The translations under genes were made by a program, and so were the position numbers. A DNA stretch of 63,156 bases, filler included, from Lenisia limosa (Eukaryota > Protista > Breviatea): the NCBI GenBank assembly GCA_001655205.1. It is 14 parts of 14 records of this genome, joined end to end, with 100 filler letters (N's around TTAATTAATTAA, not from the genome) between each part and the next. Parts side by side here need not be neighbours in the genome. Positions count along the whole stretch, not along the records: positions 39,277 to 40,654 come from LPNZ01002019.1; positions 40,755 to 42,655 come from LPNZ01011156.1; positions 42,756 to 45,615 come from LPNZ01002437.1; positions 45,716 to 60,266 come from LPNZ01010859.1; 10 more parts are not named here. One strand, given 5' to 3'. Shown one piece after another: positions 39,305 through 52,267 of the stretch (position 1 is the first letter of the stretch; each line of letters begins with the position of its first letter). Under the pieces are notes generated by a model. The model worked only from the letters and a program-made list of their open reading frames with translations. It did not search any database and was not told where the DNA came from.

Positions 39305-40654
39305 TTAACAAACCTGGGGAGAGAAAGCAGTCCAATTTGGGTTGAAAAGAAGGCGACGATCCTTGTTGAGAATCTGGGGGATCTCGACACCCTTCAAATG
39401 GCATCTGATGAATTCCTCCCGCGGGTCTGGTGCCAGAAGCCGAAGGCCAAGCTCGTTCATGTCAATGCCTTGTTGGTTGCCAAGCTCTAAAAGACGCGCC
39501 ACAGCAGACAAGTACTCCACCTCCTGGTTCTGGCTCTCGCTGACGGCTGCAAGACTGCCGGGGCCTCCGAGGGGAATGGGGTCCATGGCTCGCGTCATGC
39601 AGTAGGAAATGACGTCACGGGCGCGTTGGACGAGATCGTCGGTACATGAATCTGCAGCTTCCGACATGACCGACGGAAGGTGGTCTCCGACAAATGATAT
39701 ACGCTGCATCCATCCTAGGGGGTCAGAAATAACCTTGATACCAACGATAATAACACACTGGGTAAGATAGTAATTCAGCAAAATAAACCTTTTCCTTCCC
39801 ACAAACCAAGATTTCGGTGTTTCCATCTTCTTCCTTCCTAAATCAAGTCAACCGTGAACAGCAAAGGAAAGATAAGCACTGTTCATGATCCTATGCAAAC
39901 CTGGTAAACTCGGCAGAGTACAGTGAAGTCGTAGCGTTCACGCAGCACGCCACTTGACGTCTTGGTGTCGCAAATGTGCTCATCTAGTCGTAAAGTGCGT
40001 TCATCAAAACTGATGCGCTCAAGAAGGTCAGTGGCTTCGCTGACAAAGGCATGCAGGGTGGCGAGGGAGGAGAGGATTCGGGGGTGGCTGAAGAGAGGGG
40101 GAATATGAGCATCATTGATAGGGGTCTCCAAACGGGAGACGGATTGGACAATGATTGCAAGATGATAGGTGAGAATGTGGACGTTGTCTTCCTGCTTCTG
40201 GAAGAGAATGGTTTGGAGTGCGGAAAGGGCCAGGATAGCGGATTGAGCCGCATCCTCAATTTCATCAAGAACGTTTGTTGGAGGCCATGTGAGTGTTGGG
40301 TAATTTACGCGCATCGTGTTGGCGTAGAGACGAATGAGGCCCAGCGTCTGCTGAAGATAGGCTGCCAGCTGTATGGAGTACTCGTAATACACAAGACGGG
40401 TCTCAATGCAGGCCTTGCAGGAGTGTGTGAAGGGGTATTCGATGAGCGGGCTGTCGGAAGCGGGGGTGAAGGGAGCGGAATCGGGGATGGCGAACAAGTC
40501 GGCAGAGACAAGTTTCGCATCCGGAGCCAATCCACGGTAGTTTTCAACAAAAGGAAAGCGGACAAGGGTTTCCGGGATATTGGGGTAGTCAGGCAGGGGG
40601 AGGGGGTCACGGGGTGACACGGCCGCGTATGGTGGAATGTAGTAGTCAAGTGTC
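39305..40654 (-). CDS. Partial gene with unusually long exons, unknown protein
   Basis: An exon of at least 750 bp is open from the contig edge (...LCRVYQ|gtttgc). A short exon EGRRWKHRNL and a ~400-bp exon (GWMQRISF...TAFSPQ|gtttgt) follow and join in frame. Confidence 0.6.
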
Positions 40655-42289
40655 NNNNNNNNNNNNNNNNNNNNNNNNNNNNNNNNNNNNNNNNNNNNTT
40701 AATTAATTAANNNNNNNNNNNNNNNNNNNNNNNNNNNNNNNNNNNNNNNNNNNNAGGGTTGATAACAACAACAAAAAAAAAAAACTCAGGTCAGTCGCTT
40801 CCTCAAAAGAAGGAAATTTAGGTGACGAATAGGGTAAAAACAATATCAACAAAAAGGTAAAAACAATTTAAGCGACAGATAATCCCTATTAAGGGGTCAA
40901 CATCTCACCTTTCGGGTGAGAGTGGTGGGGAAGGAAGCGCAGAAGTGGAAGAGGTGAGACGAATCGCGCTAAACTGCGGCGAGGGGGGGGGGGNNNNNNN
41001 NNNNNNNNNNNNNNNNNNNNNNNNNNNNNNNNNNNNNNNNNNNNNNNNNNNNNNNNNNNNNNNNNNNNNNNNNNNNNNNNNNNNATAAAAAAAACTGAGG
41101 GGAGGTGGGGGATTCACTGAAGGAACAAAAAAACCCCAAAATATAAACAACCCATGCTTTTGAAAATGTCATACTATCATAAACTCAGATACATGTTACT
41201 TGGTATGATATGGTTGCAATTAGAGCCAACAATTCCATTAATCCCATCAAGGCGAAAATTTTCGATGAATCCATGGTTAATAACAATTTCATTATCTTTG
41301 TTGAAAGTTTCAACAGAAACTCTACTGCAAAAAGAAAAAAAAATGTCAAGGGACACAAGTCAAGATGGCATAGAGAATTGTCCTTATTTCACAGAAACCC
41401 TAATTCATTTGGTAATGGTACACGTAGGACATATCGAACTAACGCCGAATCGTCTCAATATGTTATTAACCACTCACTCGGGGGCTAGGTAGGTGGGACG
41501 TGGACCGTGAAGGGGACATTTCAATCTGGAGGGATTACAGATTACAAAGTTCAATGAAAGCATGGTTAAAAACAAACAGGAAGTAAAATTACAAATACTT
41601 CACTTCGGTTGGAAAAAGACGAAATCTCTCGATAATCCTCGAATAATATCGATATTTTCTGGTCTTTTTCGAAACGAAGTGAAGCCCTGATGACAAAGTG
41701 AGAAGAAACAAGAATAATAGAAATTAGAAATAAATAGGGGTATGGACAAAGCGTTTCGAAGACTTATGGACGAATACACACAGTCACTCTAATTTCACGG
41801 TCTTGTCTTCTTCAAACTCCAAAAAGAATGGATTTCTTTGGGATAAAACCCTCGAAAATAGCGATAAAACAGCGATACAACAGCGATAAAACATCTTTCC
41901 TACCCCGATCAATGGGGAGCTTGGGGGAGTATTGTGGGAAATTGATGACTTGGCAGTGGGGGTGGTCTAAAAAATCAGAATGGTATCGGGGAAATGCGAT
42001 TTGATCAAAGCAGTTCATCATCACGCTAATAAGACTAATTATAAAAGATTACTCCATTCATGATATCAAATGATATGCAAAAGATGTAGATAGGAGAATA
42101 GGTGGCCGCTGCATATTAATGTACCTAGTATGATGATATACATGTACAGTGGCCGGGATAAATCTTGACCGATTTGTTATGTGTGATTTCCCAAGGAAAA
42201 TAGGTCAAGACGATCTAGGTCACGGTAAATGTGCATGTATGTATGTTGAGTCAAGCCTACCCACACACCCACTTCAAACAATTCATACC

Positions 42290-42386
42290 TAGGGCTTCCC
42301 TAGAGTCCAAAAAAGACCGGCGAAATATGTCGATTCGAGGTTTTATCGAAGATTTCAGTCAATTTTTGGACCGCAGGGAAGCCCTG
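42290..42386. mobile_element. Family A MITE (CCCTAC subfamily)
   Basis: TAGGGCTTCCCTAGAGTCC...GGACCGCAGGGAAGCCCT; no clear TSD. Confidence 0.8.
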
Positions 42387-43544
42387 ATTATATACCCCAC
42401 TCACTTGCGACAAAGAGTTGGGCAGAAGGCTGTCCAGGGTGGGAGTGGTTGCGTCTTCTTCTGTGTGGGGTGGAGGTAAATATGGAGGTACTGGGAAAGA
42501 TCGTAAACAAATGCCCCTATAAAAATGAAAAATAAAATAGGTTTTATCTGACAGAAGCCGTCCACATCACGCTTATAAGAGATATTGGATTACAGTGTAA
42601 TACCAATTCATTGTATGCCCCGTGCGTGCTTCGTGAGTTGCTTTGTTTATGGTTGNNNNNNNNNNNNNNNNNNNNNNNNNNNNNNNNNNNNNNNNNNNNT
42701 TAATTAATTAANNNNNNNNNNNNNNNNNNNNNNNNNNNNNNNNNNNNNNNNNNNNCACTAGGTTTACAAACAACAAAACAAACAAAGCCCAGGCTAGTTG
42801 CTCAGCACCATCCAAGCACTCCAGCATACGATTAAAAATATAAAAACGAAAAACGAAAACAATGAATCAAAAAAGCTCCACTCCAAACCATTTTCTCAGC
42901 AATTTCCTCCTTGGTGATCTTAACTGTAGTACGTAAACACCAGACCTTGGCGGTAGTCAATACGGCGGTAAGAGTTTTGAGGAGGGATGTCGGAATATCT
43001 GGAAAAGTTATAAACAGTCCTCAATTTTCCATACGAAGGTTAAAATATCATATCATATGTAACACCATGAGTCCTCCTCTCGAATTTGAAATCCCAATAT
43101 GCTTATTGACTTTGATAATGACATCCTTGTTGATAGTGCTGTGTTTCAAGCAAGCTAACATACTAAGTTGAATAGCACTTCCTCCTCAAAATAGCCCACC
43201 CACCCGGTCGACCATGAAGGTACTTTTCAAGGTCTTTCTTTCGTTGTTCTTGGAAGTCAGAAGATAATATATACTTTCGGAATTAAGTTTAAAAAAGAGA
43301 ACTGAGCATCAAAAAAAAACAAGAAGACGAAAAAAAAAGAGATAAACCCCGAAATGTGCTGCGGTTCATTGATAAGTGAGGAATTGGAAAAACAGAAAAT
43401 AGTTTATCAAAACAAAGTTATCCACACGACCACATTCCATGTCATATTAAGATGGATTTTGAGAAGTATGACCCCTGGTTCAACAGAATAAGATATCATG
43501 AGTTAAATTGAACAAAACCGTTCTTACTTGCTACACACATTGAA

Positions 43545-43940
43545 AACCGTCCAAACCTGAGTTCCGAAGCCTATAAAGCTCGTTCCAACAAGCCTCATTG
43601 TTGACCTGGGCTTCTTTTCGGCCGCCAACAGGCTGAATAGGTTCATTATTATAGAAGGACAATTCCTTTTCATATGAAGGGCAAAAGGCAAGTATTAGTT
43701 CGCTACATGAAACTAAGGTAACATCATCATCTCTCATACTCTGTCATAGCTATCCCAAGATGTAATCTCAGCCTCAGAAATCTTCTGCTGGATCACTGAG
43801 CATGGTAGGAGACCTTGAGGATCAAGGCGTCTGAAGATCTCCACTGCCTCTGGCGTCTTGGTTTTCGAATTTATTTGGACCGGACATTCAAAAGCAGTCT
43901 GGAAGGCCTTTGAAGAGAGCATTTCAAGAGAGAGAAACAA
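43545..43940 (-). CDS. Two exons of an unknown protein
   Basis: ...EIFRRLDPQGLLPCSVIQQKISEAEITSWDSYDR|gtatga, then PSYEKELSFYNNEPIQPVGGRKEAQVNNEACWNELYRLRNS. Confidence 0.45.
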
Positions 43941-44265
43941 ACTTCCAAAGGCCCAATAACAACCTGCTCGTTATAAATACGTTTATACTGAGTTTATACG
44001 ATCAATTAACACATTCTTTCACATTTAGCAGCCTTCCCCAAAAAAAAGCTTGGTGTGTTTATATACTGTCACCTGTAGGGTATATTGCTTTTGATAGGAA
44101 TCTGTTGTTTCCACTTATTACCCTCTTTGCCTACTGCAATCTGCTTTATTTTACTGAGTAGATTGTTGGGGTAGACTGCAGACTACCTATATCAGAAATA
44201 AGGTGATTCACACAATTATGTTTGGAAAACTCACATTTCTAGGACGGTATAACACTGTTGTTATC

Positions 44266-45300
44266 ATGACAACATCTCGGAAACGCGGAGGTCGCAAGCA
44301 GATTGTTCCAAAATTTGTCTTCCATTCAGTGGAATTCAGATTTGAAGATAACCCTGCTGCTTCTGCAATCACAAACGATGATACAGCAACAAACAATGAC
44401 GAAATGGTCTATCTTGATCAGGAGGTTTGTTCACCTAATTTTCACCAAATATTCACTAAATTCCCTCTTTCCCCCAATTTTTTTCACGAGTTTTTCATTT
44501 GACAGCATCTTCTCTGATTAAACTATGTTTATTTGTTAATCTCCCCGACGCAAATTCAACTCGTGTTCATTTGTTTATTTTCGTGAAGGATTTTAACGCT
44601 GATATTCTTAAGGGCTTCACTGAAAGTCAGGACTTCGAATGCTCCGGTGGTTCCCAAGGGCTTCTTGGCAATGAATCTGCTCAAAACGCTGCTGGACATT
44701 ACTTACAGACTCGAAATGGACGTTTCTTTTGCGCTCCTGAGGAAAAGCTTCCGAAGAATCGACCGAAGCCAATCTGGAGAAAGCAGGAGGTCATCTTCAG
44801 CGTTGATCCCAAAAAACCGACCAAACAGGCCCTCTCCGCTCGCAAGCGCCGGCCAATCAAGAAAGTTCCGAAGCGCGGATTATTTCAGACCTCAAAAATC
44901 ACGCGAACGCCTTCCCCCCCTCCTACTGAATCGAGATCTCTGTCAGATCCATTCTGTGTAAGAGGAAACACTTCTGTCCTTTTCCTTTCCAACCAATTTT
45001 CTCATCTTGTTTTTTTTTTCCCGTCACCCCCCAGGACACTGAAGATGAGTTCCTTGCCAGCCTTCCTCCTCCCAGTTGGGAAACCGAAAATGTGGCAGTC
45101 TTCCACAGCCCCTCTTCCGACCCTAGGTATCAGGCAAAATATCGCCCATCTTCTACTACTGCTTGCTTTGGTCAAAATGCCCCGAGAACGAGCATGCCGT
45201 CACGGCCCCAATCAGCCCCCTTCTTCCCCCCAAATAGCTCTTCTCCAGGTTCGCCCTTCCGGCCTGGTTCATCAATGTCTGTCATTTCGCTGGAGTCAAG
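44266..45300 (+). CDS. Partial multi-exon gene; basic, Pro/Ser-rich, probably nuclear
   Basis: MTTSRKRGGRKQIVPKFVFHSVEFRF...|gtttgt; long exon containing SARKRRPIKK ending |gtaaga; Ser/Pro-rich third exon. No named domain recognised. Confidence 0.5.
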
Positions 45301-46741
45301 GTGGGAAATTGAGGGCTTACTTCGTTACACGGTTGTATTATTGTTGAATCTTGATGGAGTGGCCAAATTTTACCACAATCAGGATATCGGCCCCTAGCCC
45401 GCACTACATAGCCAACCAGTCCCGTGCTCGCTCCCGTAAGCTTGTGAAAGATGGAATATTGCATTTCTCCGCTATGTTCCTCTTTCCCACAATTTTTTCA
45501 ACATCCATTCCTTCTTTTCTATCTCTTTTCACATTCATTAACATTTCCCTACTCCATTACTTTTTTTTATAATTATTTACAATTTCAATTTGAGATTGTT
45601 TTTTTTTATTATTGTNNNNNNNNNNNNNNNNNNNNNNNNNNNNNNNNNNNNNNNNNNNNTTAATTAATTAANNNNNNNNNNNNNNNNNNNNNNNNNNNNN
45701 NNNNNNNNNNNNNNNTATTTCATTTGATGGATCGGAGTGAAGTCCTCAATATTACCCATTAATTGCATTTAGTGCAACAGCTTCTTCAACCGCCACACCC
45801 TACGACAGTAGTAAACTAACAAGTCTCGCGCTTTCTGCTTGTCAGGAAGATCTCAGATGTCTGGAGAACGTGAGCATTCATTTACCCCCCCCCCCCCNNN
45901 NNNNNNNNNNNNNNNNNNNNNNNNNNNNNNNNNNNNNNNNNNNNNNNNNNNNNNNNNNNNNNNNNNNNNNNNNNNNNNNNNNNNNNNNNNNNNNNNNNNN
46001 NNNNNNNNNNNNNNNNNNNNNNNNNNNNNNNNNNNNNNNNNNNNNNNNNNNNNNNNNNNNNNNNNNNNNNNNNNNNNNNNNNNNNNNNNNNNNNNNNNNN
46101 NNNNNNNNNNNNNNNNNNNNNNNNNNNNNNNNNNNNNNNNNNNNNNNNNNNNNNNNNNNNNNNNNNNNNNNNNNNNNNNNNNNNNNNNNNNNNNNNNNNN
46201 NNNNNNNNNNNNNNNNNCGGTTCCATGATGACTGGACGTCATGTTTAGACACAAAGGATTGTGGGCAAGTGGAGACTTAAAAGACTGAATTTCTTGATAA
46301 ATCTTTAAAAACTATCGATATTTCCCCTGTTCTTTTTGGAACCGATGTGAAGCCTTAGGTGGGGGTAAGGACGGAGAAGGGTGGATGGAGGGGGGGGGGG
46401 TNNNNNNNNNNGGGGAATAGAGAATGATTTGTACTAAGATCACCGTGGCAAATTGTCGTTTAGTTATTCCACTTCCCTCTCAGGGTATTTTTTCTCTTTC
46501 TTTTGTTTAATAATTCAAAAACAGTATTTCACCCCCCCCCCGTGATNNNNNNNNNNNNNNNNNNNNNNNNNNNNNNNNNNNNNNNNNNNNNNNNNNNNNN
46601 NNNNNNNNNNNNNNNNNNNNNNNNNNTGCTACTGAAGCGACTGGCCTGGGCTTTATTTGTTTTTTTTGTTTTCAACCCTTGCCAACGGAGTTGATTTTGG
46701 GCTCTTTTTTTGTTTCAAAATTTTACCTCCCCCCTCTCCAG

Positions 46742-46917
46742 AAATGCTAAAAGAAGCCCAAGCCATGAAAGACAACATTCAGAACCTCTTTGCCCCTGCA
46801 GTCAGCGGTGCCGGATGGTATCCTCCTCCGCCGCCGTGGACGTGCCTCACGAGTCTCCACCACCAGCTTGATATGGCGCTTAAGGCTCTTGCGGTCATGC
46901 ATCGCTGTAATGATAAG
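46742..46917 (+). CDS. Internal exon, unknown protein
   Basis: ccag|EMLKEAQAMKDNIQNLFAPAVSGAGWYPPPPPWTCLTSLHHQLDMALKALAVMHRCNDK|gtaagg. Confidence 0.55.
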
Positions 46918-49900
46918 GTAAGGTCTATGCCATAATAAGATGGATGTACTACAGTGACCAGGATAAGTCTTGACCGATTTTCCTCGAATCCCCCCCTTTT
47001 TTTCTTCTTCTTTTTTTTTATGATGTTTAGGACACGTCAAACATCCACCTCTTCGGCAGTCATGGCAAAATGATGCAGTTTTCTTAATTTCGTTCTTATT
47101 CGTGTTGTTTCTTATTGTGTAGCTCCTATTGTTATTACTATTTTCTTATGGATTTCTTTTTGATTCGAAGGTGTATACCTACTATTGTTTCAGTATTTTC
47201 CGATGGTTTCCAGGATACACAGTCATTGCTATCATTGGAGAGAAAAAAATACACTTGGGTCAAGCCGGTTGAATTCTTGATTTGTCGAGAACTTTTACGA
47301 ATTGTTTCAAAATCCTAAACACTGCAACAGAGACAGCCGGGGACCCGGTTTGCTAAGGTTTTCGGTGACAAAAGCCGTAGTTATTTCAATTATCCGAGAT
47401 ACAAACCGTCTCTCCCCGAGCCGACAGCAAAGACGGCTCCGGTTGGCTCGGTGTTTTCGAGAAGCCACGTTTGGTAAGCTTATTATTGTTCAAATTTTGA
47501 CCTCATAGGGTGAGTTAATCGATTTATGACCTCTAAGGCAGCGCTCAAACAGATGAAATAAAAATAAAAATAAATAAAACATAAAACATCATACAATAAC
47601 GAGACGTTCACACAAGGTCTTTTAGAATCTAAAAAGAGTCACCGAAAGCATTGGAAATAATAATCCTGAAAATACTCTCCTCCCCCATATTTTGACACCT
47701 TTAGACAAAATCTCCCCCACATTCCTTGTAGCTAGAGCACATTTTGTTTCCAAACCCACACTATCAATCCACAACAATACACCTCTCTCACTTCTAAGAA
47801 GGCAGCAGCAGCAGAAACAGGCCCCGCAGCACCCTCAAACAGCGAACTTGGTCGGTCAGGATCGGATATAATCCTTTTCTNNNNNNNNNNNNNNNNNNNN
47901 NNNNNNNNNNNNNNNNNNNNNNNNNNNNNNNNNNNNNNNNNNNNNNNNNNNNNNNNNNNNNNNNNNTTGTCTATCTGGGGATAAGGATTGCGGTAGTAGT
48001 GGGGGTATTGGAGGAGTTTGCGTACATCTTGTTTTATTACATGATAAACTGTGTGAGCCAACCCAGGTTACCAACAAGATTATCATCGTCATAAGCCAAC
48101 CCAGGTTACCAACAAAATATCATCGTCATAAGCAAACCCAGATTACCAACAAGAATACTATCGTTACAAAAAGCCCACTCTGTGTTCCTTCGGAAGACAG
48201 TCTTGGTCAAAGCAGAGGGTCAAGAGGGAGTAGCAGCGCCACACAGCCTTCTTTGATCTAACATTAATGACATTTATATCAGCAGGATTGCTTTTCGCCA
48301 AAAATGTAATATTGTATCATTGCTATGAGGTAACCACCACCATTCATGAACATAATTCAAAACCACAGATCAACCTGACATAACTCTGAGATATGTATGT
48401 ACATAATCATTATTACATGCGCATCGACTTGGGATTCCATAAAGTACTTGAAAACAATTCCTTCAGGCCCATGTACGTGACAGGGATAAGTCTTGACCGA
48501 TTTTCCTTGGGAAATCACATAACAAATCGGTCAAGACTTATCCCAGTCACTGGACTTACATAAATGCATACCAACATTTTCATAAGAACCCCACAAGTTA
48601 ATGAGCACAGCGCATACCTTCTATACATAACATCAACATTAGCATTACCTGTCATACCTTTCTAACGTAACATCAACCGTGCTGCTGTTCCACCAAGGCC
48701 CGGCAATAGGAGCAGCGTGAGAGCTGAGTTTGGAGGGTCCTGGGTGGTAAGTTAATCGTAAGCACACACATATATATTGGTTGGCAAAAGAAGGAAAATG
48801 ATGGAGTAATTACTAATTGTCTTTAAAGTTCACGCTACATAGTAGGACTCCGTGAACTTAATTGGTTAATAAGTTGTAAAATTCAAAATGGGACCTATTG
48901 TCACGAGAACACCATTTCAGACACTTATTTTCAAATTTTGTCAATTATTTCCTCAAAAATAAACTGCACAGAGCCATACTAAATATACTATTACGTATAC
49001 ACTCGACAAGTGAGCATACAGCTGGTAAAAATGTCACAACATTGGACTCAAAATTAATGTGGTCAGCCCATTACAATCAACTTCTAAGTTTAAAAAACAG
49101 AAGACAAAATATTAATAAAAAGTCTGCCATTTGTTTAAAACCCACAAAGCCGACCAGCTGAAGCAAACAGTGGCGAAAAGAGGCAAAGCGCATTGCCAGA
49201 CCAGCCATGACAAAGGCCTTCGCCTTTTGTTAACTGAAGTGGTCAGTAGGGCTCTAATTCCGTTATATAAAAAAAAACAGAAGACTATCAATAACCCGAG
49301 TTTCATGTGAATGGCAAAACAGCATTGTGTCCACTTTTAAAATGTTCCGTATTTTTGACTGGGCGCAAGTTTTTGGTTTCTTTTTGACCAAAATCTACCC
49401 CTTAACACACCCTTTTTAAAAAAGATTTCGAGTAATTTAACTGTAAACTGTCCTTTTCAAGATTAGTTTATTTATGTGCAAGTTTGACGACTGCTTTCAC
49501 AAGCTTCCTGAAAAAGTATGCTGGTTAAATTAAAAAATTAATATCTTTATTCCTTGAATGATATAACATTTACGCTGTATCACGGTATGGAGCGAAATCA
49601 TGATCTACTCTTCAGTTCTTTTCACAATTGAACCAGTATTCAAAAAAATCACTTTTTTTAGAAGCAACACAAGTATGAGTGGCTTCGCATTGAGGTCAGA
49701 AAACAGAGGACAAGGTTTGATAACCTTGCAAATCATGAAAAAATTGCATCTTTGAAGATTATTTGTGATGAAGTGGGAAGAGAAGTACCTTCATTGAGAG
49801 ACATTCAGACAATGTTGAATGTTGGAGGGGTGNNNNNNNNNNNNNNNNNNNNNNNNNNNNNNNNNNNNNNNNNNNNNNNNNNNNNNNNNNNNNNNNNNNN

Positions 49901-50947
49901 NNNNNNNNNNNNNNNNNNNNNNNNNNNNNNNNNNNNNNNNNNNNNNNNNNNNNNNNNNNNNNNNNNNNNNNNNNNNNNNNNNNNNNNNNNNNNNNNNNNN
50001 NNNNNNNNNNNNNNNNNNNNNNNNNNNNNNNNNNNNNNNNNNNNNNNNNNNNNNNNNNNNNNAGGGTGTCAAAACTCTCAAAAAACGACCAAACATTAGA
50101 GAATTTATTGAGAATTTATNNNNNNNNNNATTGTGTCTTCACTTCTTGAGTGAAGGGTGTCAAAACTCTCAAAAAACGACCAAACATTAGAGAATTTATT
50201 GAGAATTTATTGCCAGATAATATCAAATATATATAATTAATACGGTTTACGCCAATATTCTTCATCGAAATGTCCTTTGTTTACCACCCCCCCGTACCGC
50301 CAGCCTCATTGATAGCCGGTACATCGGAAGGAACACTGTCATCGTCGCCGTCGGCTAGGTTCAGTTCTTCCGACTCTTGATTTTGACAGGCAACCCACCT
50401 TCAACTGCTGAGTCTTTGGAAATTGTTGGTGGGGTTGGGGGTGGAGGGGTGCACTAAATTGCATATTCTTTTTACCTATTCAGGCGTCAGACATCATCAC
50501 TAAACACACTGGGGAAAAGCCAACTTTCAGTAAAAACTGGTTTCCAAGATTTCTGAAACAGTTTCCACTTTTAAAAGTGACTGTAGGAGGGCTGGATTGG
50601 TAAAAAGAATGGTACGTACTGCCCTCCCCATTAATTANNNNNNNNNNGTTGTTTCTATCTGAGGCTATTTTAAAGAAAAACCACATGGCTTCAAATTATT
50701 TTGTAAAATAAAACAGACTTATCGCGGTCAGTGTACATATGTCGCACGGAGGGATGGAGGAGGTAGTTCTTCACCCTGGTACACAAAATATCGGTAGACT
50801 ATCGAAATAGTTTATCGATGATTTATCGAGAAATTCAGTCATTTTCTGAATTAGAGCCCTAAATAAAAGGGGAATATGACTTGGCTTTATAACAAGTACT
50901 GCATCAATCTATTGAGACAATAGTTTCAAAATTGAAGTGGAGCATAT

Positions 50948-51048
50948 TAGGGCTTCCCTTCAGTTCCAAAAAGACCGGTTAAATAGCGAAATATATCGAG
51001 GATTTATCGAGAAATTCGGTCTTTTTAAGGGGACGTAGGGAAGCCCTA
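50948..51048. mobile_element. Family A MITE (CCCTAC subfamily)
   Basis: TAGGGCTTCCCT...AGGGAAGCCCTA; near-TSD GAGCATAT / G-GCATAT. Confidence 0.9.
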
Positions 51049-51132
51049 GGCATATTGTAACTTGACGGCATTTCAGAAACGGTAATTTACAATTATGTCG
51101 AATGTTTCCAAAAAATTACAGTAATATAGAGA

Positions 51133-51218
51133 TGAAAACAAGGTAGTATCTGGCCGAGCCGTCCACCCCATCACGCTCATAAGAGATATTGTATTATAGT
51201 GTAATATTAATTCACCCA
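51133..51218 (-). repeat. Family E short dispersed repeat, reference copy
   Basis: Consensus TGAATT..TATTACACT.TAAT.CAATATCTCTTAT.AGCGTGATGGTGTGGACGGCTTCGGCCAGATAC.ACCTTGTTTT. Copies near 8950, 22055, 24830, 24985, 32535, 32610, 35025, 42530 and 60785. Confidence 0.8.
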
Positions 51219-51534
51219 ATCGAGGATATATCGATACACTCAGTCTTTTTTGGGATCGTAGGGAAGCCCTACCCAATCCTCCTTTCAACCATGTTTATAG
51301 TTGCAACTATTTTTCTTTTTATGTTTTCAATATTCTTCATGAAAATACCCCTTCTATTACCTTCTTTTTTACCTGCAGAAAATAATGCCATCCCATTATT
51401 AGATGAGCTCTTTCCTGAACAACTAAGACTTCACCTCGGTTCGAAAAAAGACTGAATTTCTCCATAAATCCTTGAAAATATCGATATATTACCAGTCTTT
51501 TTTGAACCGAAGTAAAGCCCTATGAACAACCCCG

Positions 51535-51786
51535 AACGCCCACCTTCTTAGAGACAGCTCGCGAGTGTGACGGTGGACTGACAAAGGGGAAGCATGCTGA
51601 AATCCCCGTATCAGTGGTGGTGATATTTGACAGAAAGAACTGTGAACTGGGGGAATGGGCTTCTTCTGGGGACTTATCCAAATCTGAGGGGTTGTCAGGG
51701 GGCGGAGAAGAAGGCGTTGGGGACTCTTGTCGGGTTAGCTCGGGAGAAAGCACGGCTGGATTGGATTTCGAAGACCCACATCCCAT
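51535..51786 (-). CDS. First exon of a probably N-myristoylated/palmitoylated protein
   Basis: Starts MGCGSSK (Gly2, Cys3, Ser6), followed by a Pro/Ser-rich region and a possible gtgggc donor after AVSKK. Divergent from the p24 gene. Confidence 0.6.
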
Positions 51787-52267
51787 TTCTACCTTCTATA
51801 TAGGGAGATAGTTCTTATGGTAAATGAAGAGCACAAAGAAGCCTGTTACATCGAGCCATGGTATGGAAAAGATTGGCCCTACTAACTATTCCGTTCAAAT
51901 CCCAAATAACCTTCACAAAATATAATATTCTAATAAAATACAACTACTGGAATAACGTGCATGAAGGAAGACAAACAGGTGGAAGAACGGCCAACAAACA
52001 CATGAGGCCGAGTACCCAATATTGACTGAAAATTGTGGATATTTCTGATTATCTCAAAGCACTTCTTTAAATATTTATATTATTTAATACACATATATTT
52101 CTAAATATAATAAGATACTTTTCATATAAAAGTGACAAATTTCTAATTTTCGTTTGTTTTGATTTCCAACTGGCGTAGCAGGACATATTTCTCTGTTGGT
52201 TTATATTATTTAGAGCTTAATCAGAAGTCAGCCAGTTAGGAATAGAAATCGCCTTTTAGAAAGCAAT

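Noticed and set aside
44499-45347. Single 282-aa ORF from the ORF track
   Set aside because: It reads through intron-like T-rich segments with GT/AG boundaries; the likely gene is spliced and changes frame.
774-50190. Numerous ORF-track entries containing X runs
   Set aside because: They are open only because masked N codons contain no stops.
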